This document shows, piece after piece, positions 49,235 through 58,754 of a stretch of 64,000 nt of DNA. Origin of the DNA: Candidatus Woesearchaeota archaeon (GTDB lineage Archaea; Nanobdellota; Nanobdellia; Woesearchaeales; ARS49). Both the position numbers and the translations under genes were made by a program. Numbering within the stretch: position 1 is the stretch's first letter; every line of letters starts with the position of its first letter. The notes beneath the pieces are model-generated. The model was not told where the DNA came from. It did no database searches and was given only the letters and a program-made list of their open reading frames with translations. The stretch covers positions 74,220 to 138,219 of the forward strand of contig JAHWHZ010000001.1 of NCBI GenBank assembly GCA_019322895.1. The letters are read 5' to 3'.

Positions 49235-50428
49235 TCATTCCTGCTCTTTAACTTTTTTTTCAAAATCTGCCAGGCTCTTCTTAACACCACTAAATAAGTT
49301 TGTCATTAAAGGATTATCCAGCATTTCTTGCATTTGAGCCTTCATGTCACTTAATTCTTTTTGTAACCGATCTTGTTGTTCCTGCAAGCCGATGTTTTCT
49401 TTTTTGATTTGACTGACTTGATCGTTTTCCCACTCTTTTTTAACAACTTCATTAGCATCTATTTCGTCAGTGTTCACGTACCTGCGTAAGCTTTTGCTTC
49501 CTAAAACGTGCCCGCTTCGTTTTCCTAGCCTGATCAGGTTTCCGCCTAAGACTTTATCTCCATAATACGTGATGCTGCTTTTTCTCATAGTGTAAAGATT
49601 GTAGCTTTTGTTCGTAACTATTTTAGTGGCTTGAGCGAAACTTCTGCGGTATTGGTCATAGCTTAGATTAAATAATAACGCGTTTTCGTTATCTTTATCC
49701 GGGTGTCTTTTCAGCCATTCCCTTAACAAACTAGTAGCTATTGGCACGTTTATTTTTCTTGGACTGTTTGTTTTAGTAGCATTAAGGTTTAATTGAATCG
49801 TTTTTTGTTGTGTATTCTTGTCTGTTTGAATCAGGACGTCTTTGATTTTCATGCTTAATAATTCCATTGGCCTGGCTCCGCTGTCAAATCCTGTTATGAT
49901 TATTGCTTTGTTTTGCCAGTTTTTTGCAGTGTGGGCTATGTCTAACCATAAGTTTTTGTCTATCGTGACTGGGTTTGATTCTATTATTTTGTGTCTGGCT
50001 TTTGGTAAGAAATTGAGTTCATAATTTTCTTGTTGGTTTAGGTATTTTAGGAATAAATTGAATGCTTTGATAGTGGAACTTTTGGTTTCGTCACTGTAAC
50101 TTTGCCCGTTTTGTTTGAGTACTTTGTCTTCTGTTAGTTTGTTGATTAGTTCTACATAGCTTTTTTTGGTTAGATTGATTTTTTTGTTTTTCGTGATTGG
50201 TTTGTAATCATTCCAGGTTATGAAGTCTTTGATGTGTTCTAAGTACCTGCCTCTTTTTGCTTGGCCTACGCTTGTTCTTCCGCCGTGCATTCCTATGCTT
50301 GCGTCTCTTTCAAATTGCAGGATTAGTTTTTTGGTTTTTGAATCTATTTTTTTGTGGTTTTTGATTTGGTTGATTAGATTTTGTAGTTTTTGGTTTTGTT
50401 TATGAATATCGCGTTTAATGTTTGACAT
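49235..50428 (-). CDS. Tyrosine integrase with an N-terminal DNA-binding domain
   Basis: SGARPMEL, TKTNSPRK, MRKSSITYY, KRSGHVLGS..LRRYVN; N-terminus resembles the integrase at 7708. Confidence 0.75.
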   Translation of the reverse strand: MSNIKRDIHKQNQKLQNLINQIKNHKKIDSKTKKLILQFERDASIGMHGGRTSVGQAKRGRYLEHIKDFITWNDYKPITKNKKINLTKKSYVELINKLTEDKVLKQNGQSYSDETKSSTIKAFNLFLKYLNQQENYELNFLPKARHKIIESNPVTIDKNLWLDIAHTAKNWQNKAIIITGFDSGARPMELLSMKIKDVLIQTDKNTQQKTIQLNLNATKTNSPRKINVPIATSLLREWLKRHPDKDNENALLFNLSYDQYRRSFAQATKIVTNKSYNLYTMRKSSITYYGDKVLGGNLIRLGKRSGHVLGSKSLRRYVNTDEIDANEVVKKEWENDQVSQIKKENIGLQEQQDRLQKELSDMKAQMQEMLDNPLMTNLFSGVKKSLADFEKKVKEQE

Positions 50429-50507
50429 AGTTTTTCCCCTCCCTTTTAGAAATAGTATAGACTAACTAGTATTTAAACCTTATTATTAAATTAAGGGTTT
50501 TTTCAAA

Positions 50508-50634
50508 CGCCCCAGCTGGGAGTCGAACCCAGGTCGGAGCCTTTCTGCGCAGGGCTTTACGCCCGGCTGTTTGATCAAACTTTTTTAAAGTTTGCTCGAC
50601 AGGGCTCCATGATAGACCACTACACTACTGGGGC
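50508..50634 (-). tRNA. tRNA-Asp (anticodon GUC) with a ~53-nt intron at the canonical 37/38 position
   Basis: Reverse complement: acceptor GCCCCAG/CTGGGGC plus G, D-arm GTGTAGTGGTCTATCA typical of tRNA-Asp, anticodon stem GAGCC/GGCTC with loop CTGTCG-(intron)-A, T-arm CTGGG-TTCGACT-CCCAG. The intron contains the hairpin AAACTTT/AAAGTTT. Confidence 0.85.
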
Positions 50635-50674
50635 ATATCTTGAGTAATAAGCTGGTGGTTTTTAAATCTTACTG

Positions 50675-51439
50675 TTATCTTTGCGGTCTTTTCATCAAGT
50701 ATAATTTTCCTGTTTTTAATGATTTTGAAGGCATGAATAAAGTTTCATTTATAGCTGCTGTTGCATATTTGTGTCCCTGGAATTTCCAAAGCAAAAGTTT
50801 GTTAAAATAAAAATTATAATGCCTTATCAATAAATCTTTGAATCTCTCAGAAACTCTAAAACCATTTTCAATTTCTTTTAATTGGTTATGAAAAGCTCTT
50901 AATTCAAGCATGTTCAAATACATTCCATCTCCTACTTTTGATGGAAGTATTTTTTCGCCGCAAAGCCGTATTCCATTTGCATGGTCTAATGCATGAACCG
51001 ATTCATGATGATTCACTATGCTTTTCAATTCGTTTAAACCGTATTGTTCAAAAACATTTGGAAAAATAATAATAACTGATTTTTTCCCTTTTCCCAAACA
51101 TCTTTCAGGCATTGATGTCTGTGCAAAAGTTTTCTTTTTCTTTGAAAGAGAATTCCAATATTTTTCAAATTCACCAGAGCTTATTCCAAAAACCCTGTCA
51201 AGTGATTCATAACATCTTTCCTTGTTATTTTCATGAAAATAGATTATATCTTCAATATTTGGCTCAAATTCTGCTATTTCCTCCAAAGTTCTTTGTCTTT
51301 CTTCTGCTTCTGAAACCAATTCATATATTCCTATTCCAACACTTACTCCGCCAACTGGCTCAGGAATAAATGACTTTTCAGCAGAACAGCCTATATAAAG
51401 TGCCAAAGTCGCTGTCAGTGTTAGAAATAATTTTTTCAA
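50675..51439 (-). CDS. Lipoprotein, putative zinc metallopeptidase
   Basis: Signal peptide plus lipobox YIGCSA; HESVHALDH (HExxH...H). Confidence 0.4.
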   Translation of the reverse strand: MKKLFLTLTATLALYIGCSAEKSFIPEPVGGVSVGIGIYELVSEAEERQRTLEEIAEFEPNIEDIIYFHENNKERCYESLDRVFGISSGEFEKYWNSLSKKKKTFAQTSMPERCLGKGKKSVIIIFPNVFEQYGLNELKSIVNHHESVHALDHANGIRLCGEKILPSKVGDGMYLNMLELRAFHNQLKEIENGFRVSERFKDLLIRHYNFYFNKLLLWKFQGHKYATAAINETLFMPSKSLKTGKLYLMKRPQR

Positions 51440-51729
51440 TTTGCCCCAAATTAAAAATATCCCCGCTCCCAGATTTGAATTTCCCGGCTTTTACGTTGGT
51501 TAAAAACCTCTGGGAACCTCGCGGTCTCGGCTGTCTGTTTATCACCCCAAGCTTTATGCAAAGTCAAAACAGCGATTTTATCTACAGCCGCGCGCTCTAC
51601 CGTTGAGCTAAGCGGGGATAATAGAGGATAACTATACAACGCTTTATAAAGTTTTCGAGACAGTTGCTCTGTAATATAACTATTTGCTTCTATAAAACTT
51701 TAAATAAAACTGTCTTTTTCCAGATACTT

Positions 51730-52323
51730 ATGGGGAGAAAGAAGCAAGGCGTTTTTGTGGAGGCATATGAACCAGAAAACTGCATAGATTCAAGAGTCAG
51801 ACAGCTGTATTTCAATGCTTTGGAAAGCACAGCAGTAAGAAAAGATGATGTTCCGCAGGTCAGCACTAAAAACTTAGTAACGCCGAAGTTTTATTTGTTT
51901 GAAAAAGGTTTGGGATTCTACCATCCTAGTCTGCACAGCCCTATTCTGGTCATTTCTGGCAAAACAGAAAGTGATGTTAAAGAAACCTTTGTCTATATTC
52001 AAGATAAGCTTGAGCATCTGTTCCATAATGACGAAACTGTTGATTCGGGTGTGTCTAGCACTCCTGGCAGAAAACCCCTGGCAGAATACGGCCAATTTGA
52101 AACTCCTCATTTTGTAGAAGCAGATCATAATCAGCAAATGAAAAGCAAGATCAAGAAGTTCTTGAAAACTCTGGGAAGCTATAATTTAGCTCTTGAACAG
52201 CAGTTTGAGCTGGCATGCAGTATTGATAGTAATTATTTCCCTGTAAGATCTGCTGATCAAAGAGGAAAGAAGCCCTCTAAAAAGAAACCTAAGAAAAAAT
52301 CTTCAAAGGATATTCCATTTTAG
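51730..52323 (+). CDS. Hypothetical protein with a basic C-terminal tail
   Basis: ORF; alternative upstream start at 51664. Confidence 0.3.
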   Translation: MGRKKQGVFVEAYEPENCIDSRVRQLYFNALESTAVRKDDVPQVSTKNLVTPKFYLFEKGLGFYHPSLHSPILVISGKTESDVKETFVYIQDKLEHLFHNDETVDSGVSSTPGRKPLAEYGQFETPHFVEADHNQQMKSKIKKFLKTLGSYNLALEQQFELACSIDSNYFPVRSADQRGKKPSKKKPKKKSSKDIPF

Positions 52324-52343
52324 ATTTATCTTGTCTGCGCTTT

Positions 52344-53765
52344 CTACCGAATAAATCCAATAACTGCCTTGTTAGAATTTGCTGTCCTTGTTCTTTTGCC
52401 TGCTTCAAACTTTGCAGCTGCAGACGGCAGGGTAACTCCGCCTAAAATGCTTAATTTAGACTTTATCTTGTAGCTTATCACGCGTTCTTCGCCAGGATCA
52501 ATGCTTTCTATGCCCCACTTGACAAGCGTCCCTTTTCTTTCATGCTTCACGACCTTATCTGGCTTTAATGTCCCTACGTCATAATCTTTTGCAAGGTTTG
52601 CTATCCTAGGAACATTATCTATTATTTTGACGTGCTTGACTGGCTTCTTGCTCCTGTTCACTATTTCTATAATGACTTTCAGCTCAGATATGCCTCCTTC
52701 TTTTGTTGCAAGGACTGTTGCTGTTTTTCTCAGGATTACTGGGCTCCTGAAAATAATGTAAGCAACAATAAGCACAATTAACACAATCGTGATAATCAAT
52801 ATCGGCTGGTAATTGAAAGTGTACATGATTAGTTCGCTTTCGCCGCTTTTAATATCTAAGTCCCACACAAGATATCCTGCTTCTTTTTTAGCAGAAGGCG
52901 TTGTTGTCACAAATATGTTCTTGAAGAATGAGCTTGGAACTTTGTAATAATCCACATAAGGAATGTTTCCATTATTCTTTAAAGTAACAAGATAATTTGT
53001 TTTCAAGAATCCCTTGTCTATTTTCACTTCTTCCTGAAAATCCTCATAATCCTGCACCTCAAATGCCACAGGATCTAAATCAAACCTGAATCCACGGTCT
53101 TTTTCAGGAACTATAATAGAAACTTTAAGCAAATCTTTCTGTGGCGCTGTATAAGGCGATAATTTGATAAAGAATTTCAGTTCTTTTTTCTCTAAAGGTT
53201 CTAAGCTGACTGTGTAGTCCTTATTGATGGTGCTGCTTCTCAGCTTTACATCCACTTTCTCTAAATTCCGCCTGTTCTGGTTTTCCAGCATCACTCTTAC
53301 TTTCAGTTCTTCGCGGGGGTCTACCTTGTCTTCCATGTAGACTTCTCCCCGGACTGCAGGAAAGTAGGATTGTTCTGGGGGAACAAGGGATTGTATCTCT
53401 AATAATACGTCTTTCTTTTCTTTCAGGTCTGTTCCGACCATCTTCACTGTCAATGGCACCCTGTATGCTCCAGGATTAATGTTAAGAGGCCTCACAAACA
53501 GTCTTGTGCTGAAGAATTCAGAGGGCTCCACCCTTAAAGAGTCTCTTACCCTGACATCCCAGATTACATTTTCAGAATAAATCTCAAAAGTCTTTATCTC
53601 ATCTGCGGTATGGGTTATGCTGAAATTGAATTCAGCAGTCTCATCTTGCTTTATAACCACTTCACTTGGGAATATCTCTGCATTGAAGTTAACTGATGCA
53701 TATGCTATTGCAGAAAATAATATCAATGCAAGCATCCATAATCCCAATTTTTTATTCAAAATCAA
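52344..53765 (-). CDS. Secreted or membrane-anchored surface protein (N-terminal signal, C-terminal transmembrane anchor)
   Basis: Signal peptide; beta-rich middle; transmembrane helix near the C-terminus followed by a basic tail. Confidence 0.35.
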   Translation of the reverse strand: MILNKKLGLWMLALILFSAIAYASVNFNAEIFPSEVVIKQDETAEFNFSITHTADEIKTFEIYSENVIWDVRVRDSLRVEPSEFFSTRLFVRPLNINPGAYRVPLTVKMVGTDLKEKKDVLLEIQSLVPPEQSYFPAVRGEVYMEDKVDPREELKVRVMLENQNRRNLEKVDVKLRSSTINKDYTVSLEPLEKKELKFFIKLSPYTAPQKDLLKVSIIVPEKDRGFRFDLDPVAFEVQDYEDFQEEVKIDKGFLKTNYLVTLKNNGNIPYVDYYKVPSSFFKNIFVTTTPSAKKEAGYLVWDLDIKSGESELIMYTFNYQPILIITIVLIVLIVAYIIFRSPVILRKTATVLATKEGGISELKVIIEIVNRSKKPVKHVKIIDNVPRIANLAKDYDVGTLKPDKVVKHERKGTLVKWGIESIDPGEERVISYKIKSKLSILGGVTLPSAAAKFEAGKRTRTANSNKAVIGFIR

Positions 53766-53792
53766 TCACCCGTACTAGAATCAATTTATATA

Positions 53793-55856
53793 CTAGTATT
53801 TATACTTTGCGGTGCTTACATGCTCCTGTTTTTGCACGTTTATCACGTGGTCTACAAACGTTTCTATCTTAGGCTCGTGGCTAACAATGATCACCTGCCC
53901 TGCATTCAACTCTTCCAGCACATCTCTTATCTTGTCCAGCTGTTCTGTGCTGAATCCGTCTGTAGGCTCGTCAAGTATTAGAATCTGTTTTGTCTGCACA
54001 GATGTTATCAGGTCATTGATTACCTTATTCAAGGCCAATCGATAAGCAAGTGCGCAGGCTGTTTTTTCTCCACCACTTAAATTCTCAAGCAACACATCAT
54101 AGCCGTTCTGCTGCACAACAGGCGTAAATGCATCATCAAGCCTTGCCTGTATTGCCTCGTCTTCTATAAGCATGTCAAACCAGCTCTTGAAAAGCTCGTT
54201 GAATTCCCCATATACTCTTGTCATGACTTGTTTCTCAATAACGTCTATAAGATTAAGGAAATAATCACCGAACCAGTTCTGGAATTTTTGTATCTGCTTT
54301 AATTTTTGCTGGATTTTAATCTTCTCCGCAATTTCTTTTTCAAGCCTCAATAGAATCTCAGCAACAACTTCTTTTTCTTTCATTAAAGTGTTGTATTTTA
54401 TCTCAATCTCTCTTTCTTTCTGGTTTTTTTCTTCAAATTCCTTTCTTTTCTCTGCAAATTTCTCTTCAAGAGCGCCAAGTTCCTTGATTTCATCGCTTAA
54501 TTTAATCTTTTTCTGGTTTATCTCGCCAATTTCTTTCTTTATCTGCTCCTGCTCTCCAGATAATGTCTTTTCTTTTGCTTGTTTTTCTTTCAGGTTTGCT
54601 TGTTTTAATTTAATCAAGGCCATTGCTTTCTCTTTTTTTCGCAGTTCTTCCAGTTCCTGCTTGAGAATTTGCAGCTCTTTCTCTTTTTCAGAAGTAAATG
54701 AGTTGTGCTGCTCTATCTGCTCTTCAAATATCTTTATCTTTGAGTCTTCTGCCTGCGTTATCGCGGTCTTGTGCAAAGCAGTTACTTCCTGCAGGCACGT
54801 CGGGCAGTTGTTCATGCTGCTTATCTTGTCTTTTGTCTCGTGGCTCATCTGTTTTTTTGTCTTGCTTTCAGTTATTTTTGCATGGATTTCTTTTAATCCT
54901 GCATCAATCTTAATTATCTGATCGTTTTTTTCCTTGATTTTAGAAGCAACATCCTCTGTTTCTTTTCCTTCAAACTCTTTTTCAAGGGTTTCTATCTCCT
55001 GCTTCAATGTTCCAAGTTCAACAGCATTCCTGCTGTTCTGCTCTGTCTTCAGTTTCAGCCGGGCTTCTGCAATTTCAAGCTCTTTTTTCTTTTCCTGCAG
55101 TGTCTTTATCTTTTGTTCAGTGTTTTCAAGTGTTTTCTTGCTTGATGCAACTTCTTTTTTTGCCTTGTCAAGCCTTGGCTTCTGCTCAGAAAGGTTCTCT
55201 GCAAGCTCTTTTGCCTTTGCATCCTGCTCTTTTTTCTGTTTTTTCTTGTCATCAAGGTCTGAAATCATTCCAGAGTATTCCTTGCTTTTTTCCCGCAGGG
55301 TTTTGTTATAATTAGCAGTGTTTTCTTTTATTCTCTTGTATTTATCAATGTCAAACACCTTTCTTAATATGTCCAGCCGTGATTCCTGGCTGTCAAGAAC
55401 GATTTTTTTCATGTCTTCCTGCGGGGTGTAGACTGTATACCTATACACAAGGCTCTTGCTTTTTGAAAGCATGCTTTTAGGATAGCCTATCAATTCCAGG
55501 ATTTCTGTCTTAAGCTCCTGAGGCGTCCCATCCTTGCGCGCATTATTCCTTATAATATAGCCAGCTTCCTGCTCTACTGCGTTCTTTGTTCTTTTAAGTT
55601 TCCTATGCACTGTTATTTTCTGCTTGTTAAGCTCAAATTCAAGCTCTACAGAGCCTTTTTCTTCCCCATTGCGCAATAAGCTATTGCCGGAAAGATCTCC
55701 TCTCAGGATACCAAAGAGCGCGAATTCAATCGCAAGAAGTATTGTTGATTTTCCAGAGCCGATATCTCCTGATAATAAAACAGTCCCTTCTGGAAACTGC
55801 AGCTCCTGGTCTAGATAGCTTCTGATATTCTTTAGTTTTAGAGATTTAAGTAGCAT
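53793..55856 (-). CDS. Rad50/SbcC-family SMC-like ATPase with a central CxxC zinc hook
   Basis: N-terminal Walker A GDIGSGKST; C-terminal signature LSGGE, Walker B ILILDEPT, H-loop VSHE; long coiled coil with CPTC at its midpoint; 687 aa. Confidence 0.75.
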   Translation of the reverse strand: MLLKSLKLKNIRSYLDQELQFPEGTVLLSGDIGSGKSTILLAIEFALFGILRGDLSGNSLLRNGEEKGSVELEFELNKQKITVHRKLKRTKNAVEQEAGYIIRNNARKDGTPQELKTEILELIGYPKSMLSKSKSLVYRYTVYTPQEDMKKIVLDSQESRLDILRKVFDIDKYKRIKENTANYNKTLREKSKEYSGMISDLDDKKKQKKEQDAKAKELAENLSEQKPRLDKAKKEVASSKKTLENTEQKIKTLQEKKKELEIAEARLKLKTEQNSRNAVELGTLKQEIETLEKEFEGKETEDVASKIKEKNDQIIKIDAGLKEIHAKITESKTKKQMSHETKDKISSMNNCPTCLQEVTALHKTAITQAEDSKIKIFEEQIEQHNSFTSEKEKELQILKQELEELRKKEKAMALIKLKQANLKEKQAKEKTLSGEQEQIKKEIGEINQKKIKLSDEIKELGALEEKFAEKRKEFEEKNQKEREIEIKYNTLMKEKEVVAEILLRLEKEIAEKIKIQQKLKQIQKFQNWFGDYFLNLIDVIEKQVMTRVYGEFNELFKSWFDMLIEDEAIQARLDDAFTPVVQQNGYDVLLENLSGGEKTACALAYRLALNKVINDLITSVQTKQILILDEPTDGFSTEQLDKIRDVLEELNAGQVIIVSHEPKIETFVDHVINVQKQEHVSTAKYKY

Positions 55857-55923
55857 AAGTCCAGAGAATCAAAGCTGGTTAATATTTATTGTTGTGGTAG
55901 AGAAGATAGTTTAGACAATAAAC

Positions 55924-56970
55924 TTACTGATATTGATCCGCTAATCGCGCTAAATCTCGGCAATTTAAAATTTTTGCAATTTTGCGTTGATTACGCACAG
56001 CACTCAATTTTGTTAATGCATTTTTAAAAGTTAAAACTTTATCTCTTCCAGATTCTTTCGCAACATATAACGTTGCATCCATCTGTCGAAATAATTCGTC
56101 TCTAATTTCAAACTCTGCAGGCGTTCCAGTAAAGAACAAATCTTTATTTGCGAGCAAAGACTTGGTGGTTTGTATACCTCCACTAAGTGTTAGACCTTTT
56201 CGTTCCCCGACTTGCAAAGTACTGAAATATCTTTTAACTCTTGCACGTATACCATTAGCAAGCCTATATGCTTCGCCCAGTCCTACTCCCGGAAACACTG
56301 CAACAATCTCTTCACCACCAAAACGGCCTAATTGTTTGTGTTTTAACAAGGTGCCAAAATCTATGGGTTTTTGAAATAAATCAATAATACATTTTTGCAA
56401 TTTTTCATCTTGAATTTTACTAGGATTTAACAAATAATCTCTCAATAAATGTTGATATGAAGCTACAATGCCCTGTTCAGGATCTCTGAAACTTTCTTGC
56501 AGAACCGCGCAAGTTCCTTTTAAAACCTCATCACCTTTAGCATGACCCAAAGTATCGTTTACTTTTTTGAAGAAATCAATATCAAACATCACTTGTGCAA
56601 GATCAGGTATCTTGCCTTGCAAAAACAGGGCAATATTTGCATCAAGCAATGCGTCAAATGCTGCTCTGTTATACAGATTTGTTAAAGGATCCCGCTTAGC
56701 ATATGACTCTATTCTCTGCCGGATTCCCTGGTATTGGAGAAGTAATTGATACATTATTTTCTGATAAATATGCTCACCTACTACTTTTTTTACTTCGCAG
56801 TATAGTTCTGGCCGCGTTGCGGCAGTAACTAAAATCCCAGATGTTAAACAGTCTAACTCAAATAGAGTAAAAATATCTATTTTCTCTCCTTTGTCTAATT
56901 TGAAAAGCAAATCTTCAGAATTTAACCGTTTTTCTAAATCATCAATTTTTTTAAGTTCTCGCGCCAGCAT
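55924..56970 (-). CDS. GGDEF-domain nucleotide cyclase (diguanylate-cyclase-like) with an N-terminal domain of unknown function
   Basis: RDPLTNLYNRAAF, FDIDFFKKVND..GH..GDEVL, RFGGEEIVAVFPG, LTLSGGI; ~50-aa insertion before GGEEI. Confidence 0.7.
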   Translation of the reverse strand: MLARELKKIDDLEKRLNSEDLLFKLDKGEKIDIFTLFELDCLTSGILVTAATRPELYCEVKKVVGEHIYQKIMYQLLLQYQGIRQRIESYAKRDPLTNLYNRAAFDALLDANIALFLQGKIPDLAQVMFDIDFFKKVNDTLGHAKGDEVLKGTCAVLQESFRDPEQGIVASYQHLLRDYLLNPSKIQDEKLQKCIIDLFQKPIDFGTLLKHKQLGRFGGEEIVAVFPGVGLGEAYRLANGIRARVKRYFSTLQVGERKGLTLSGGIQTTKSLLANKDLFFTGTPAEFEIRDELFRQMDATLYVAKESGRDKVLTFKNALTKLSAVRNQRKIAKILNCRDLARLADQYQ

Positions 56971-57077
56971 ACTTTAGTCACCCGAAAGTAGTTAAGCTTA
57001 GCTACCTTTATAAAGCTTATGCACACACACCGGAATCGGTCAAAATCTTTAAATATTTCAGAGATTTATGAGCAAAT

Positions 57078-57383
57078 ATGACCCATTCAGAAATAAGTAA
57101 TCTGGTAGAATCAATCATAAGTAGAGCAAAGTCTATCACAGCTAAAGAAAGCCAAGAAAATGAATATCGTGTTTTTGTTCCATATGCCGAAATACGAAAT
57201 ACTGGCAAAAGTAAACACCACGTGGCAGAAATCGTGCTTACAGAAGCATCTGCAGAAGATGCTAGAAATCACGCAATACGGCAAGTGCAAGATTCTTGTA
57301 TGGCCGCAAGAAGCAGAAAAGACATTACTTCTTTCAAAATCGTTTATTCTGATGTCGATGTTAAAAAAATAACAAAATATTAA
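57078..57383 (+). CDS. Hypothetical small protein
   Basis: ORF only. Confidence 0.25.
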   Translation: MTHSEISNLVESIISRAKSITAKESQENEYRVFVPYAEIRNTGKSKHHVAEIVLTEASAEDARNHAIRQVQDSCMAARSRKDITSFKIVYSDVDVKKITKY

Positions 57384-57440
57384 TCACGCTTTCTTTTAAA
57401 ACAAGTCAAGAAAAAAATTAAAAAGAGAAATAAAAAATAT

Positions 57441-58724
57441 TTAATTAAATGCGCCAGGGTCAAACACCGGCGGCCTGTTCTTGTCCACTACATTTACAGT
57501 TACATCTTTTGTTGCTGTGTTTATGCCGTCTGTCGCTGTTATTGTAACTGCGTGCGTTCCTGCGTCGTCATAGTCTGTCTGGTAGCTGCTTGATGTCATC
57601 CATCCAGAGTATGTGATTGTCAGCTCATCATTCTCTGGATCAGTTATGTCTGCGTCAATGTTCACTATTTCTCCTTCTTCTACATTGATTGTCTCTAGTG
57701 CAAGGGTTATTACAGGCGGATTATTCAGGGACTGTACATTTATCTTGACTTTCTTTATGTCAGTCAGCTCTCCATCAGATGCTGTCACATCGATTTCATA
57801 TGTGCCTGCATCTCCTGGCTCTGTTTTCCAGCTTCCGCTTGTTCCTATAGGCGATCCAAAGGAGATTGTGATTTCATCCCCGTCTGGGTCTGTTGCATCT
57901 GCCTCTACAAACACTTTTTCTCCTTCCTTGACTGTTATTTCTGCGATTTCACCTAGTTTTGGCGCGCGGTTCACGTTGTTTACTGTTATTGTAACTTCTT
58001 GTGTGGATTCTCCTTTGCCATCAGATGCTGTGATTGTTACTGTGTGTGTTCCAGCATCATCAAATGTTGTTTCTCTTGTTGCGCTGTCCATCCAGCCAGA
58101 GAAGGTGAGTGTCACTTCATCATTATCTGCATCCTGTGCCTGGGCATCCAGAGAGATTGTTTCTCCTTCATCCACTGTGATTGCTGTTGAGCTCAGCGTG
58201 ATTGTTGGCAGGGCATTTGCCATCTTGACAACAAGCTTGATGTCCTGGCTCACTTCATTCTTGCCGTCAGATGCTGTGATTGTTATGACATATTCTCCTG
58301 CATCTCCTTCGCTTGTCTGCCAGTTGCCTTTTTCATCTAATGGTGATGTGAATGTGTATGTGATTGGGTCTCCATCAGGGTCAACTGCTTTAAGATTAGG
58401 GAAGCTTACAAGGTTGCCTTCTGTGACTTCTTTTATTGGAAGCCCTTCTGCATCTACTGTTGGTGCAGGTTTTGTTTCTTTCTTTTCAGGTGTTGTTTCT
58501 TTCTTTTCTGGTTTTTTCGCTTCAGTCACATTTGCCGGCTCTTTTGCTTTTTCTTCTTTTTTGACGTCTTTTTTAGCGTCCTCTTTTGCAATCTGCTTGT
58601 CATCTGCTTTTTTATCGCCGGCATCCTTATCTTCAGACGCTTTCTGGAGCTTGACGCATCCAACCAAAGACAATATTACGACTATTGTTAGAACAGCTAA
58701 TATCACTGATTTCATTCTTTTCAT
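57441..58724 (-). CDS. Surface lipoprotein with four tandem cadherin/PKD-like Ig-fold repeats
   Basis: Signal peptide plus lipobox LVGCVK; K/E-rich linker; repeated DPDGD.ITY...GDAG.Y...ASDG units. Confidence 0.5.
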   Translation of the reverse strand: MKRMKSVILAVLTIVVILSLVGCVKLQKASEDKDAGDKKADDKQIAKEDAKKDVKKEEKAKEPANVTEAKKPEKKETTPEKKETKPAPTVDAEGLPIKEVTEGNLVSFPNLKAVDPDGDPITYTFTSPLDEKGNWQTSEGDAGEYVITITASDGKNEVSQDIKLVVKMANALPTITLSSTAITVDEGETISLDAQAQDADNDEVTLTFSGWMDSATRETTFDDAGTHTVTITASDGKGESTQEVTITVNNVNRAPKLGEIAEITVKEGEKVFVEADATDPDGDEITISFGSPIGTSGSWKTEPGDAGTYEIDVTASDGELTDIKKVKINVQSLNNPPVITLALETINVEEGEIVNIDADITDPENDELTITYSGWMTSSSYQTDYDDAGTHAVTITATDGINTATKDVTVNVVDKNRPPVFDPGAFN

Positions 58725-58754
58725 TTTAAACTTCCCCCTTTAAAATTGTTGTTA

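Larger units (their letters stand above)
40677..50520 (-). mobile_element. Integrated element 2 (~9.8 kb, likely provirus or integrative plasmid) inserted at the tRNA-Asp 3' end, bounded by 14-bp direct repeats ACGCCCCAGCTGGG
   Basis: Identical 14-mer at 40677-40690 and 50507-50520 (the latter is the tRNA-Asp 3' end). Two integrase genes lie at the tRNA-proximal end. All ~17 ORFs are on the minus strand. Confidence 0.7.

Noticed and set aside
54388-55315. Several Ser/Phe-rich ORFs antisense to the Rad50-like gene
   Set aside because: Typical antisense artefacts of a K/E-rich coiled-coil coding region; no start context.
57613-58743. 376-aa ORF antisense to the Ig-repeat lipoprotein
   Set aside because: Ser/Val-rich low-complexity translation of the opposite strand of a repeat protein; the minus-strand gene has a signal peptide, lipobox and repeats.
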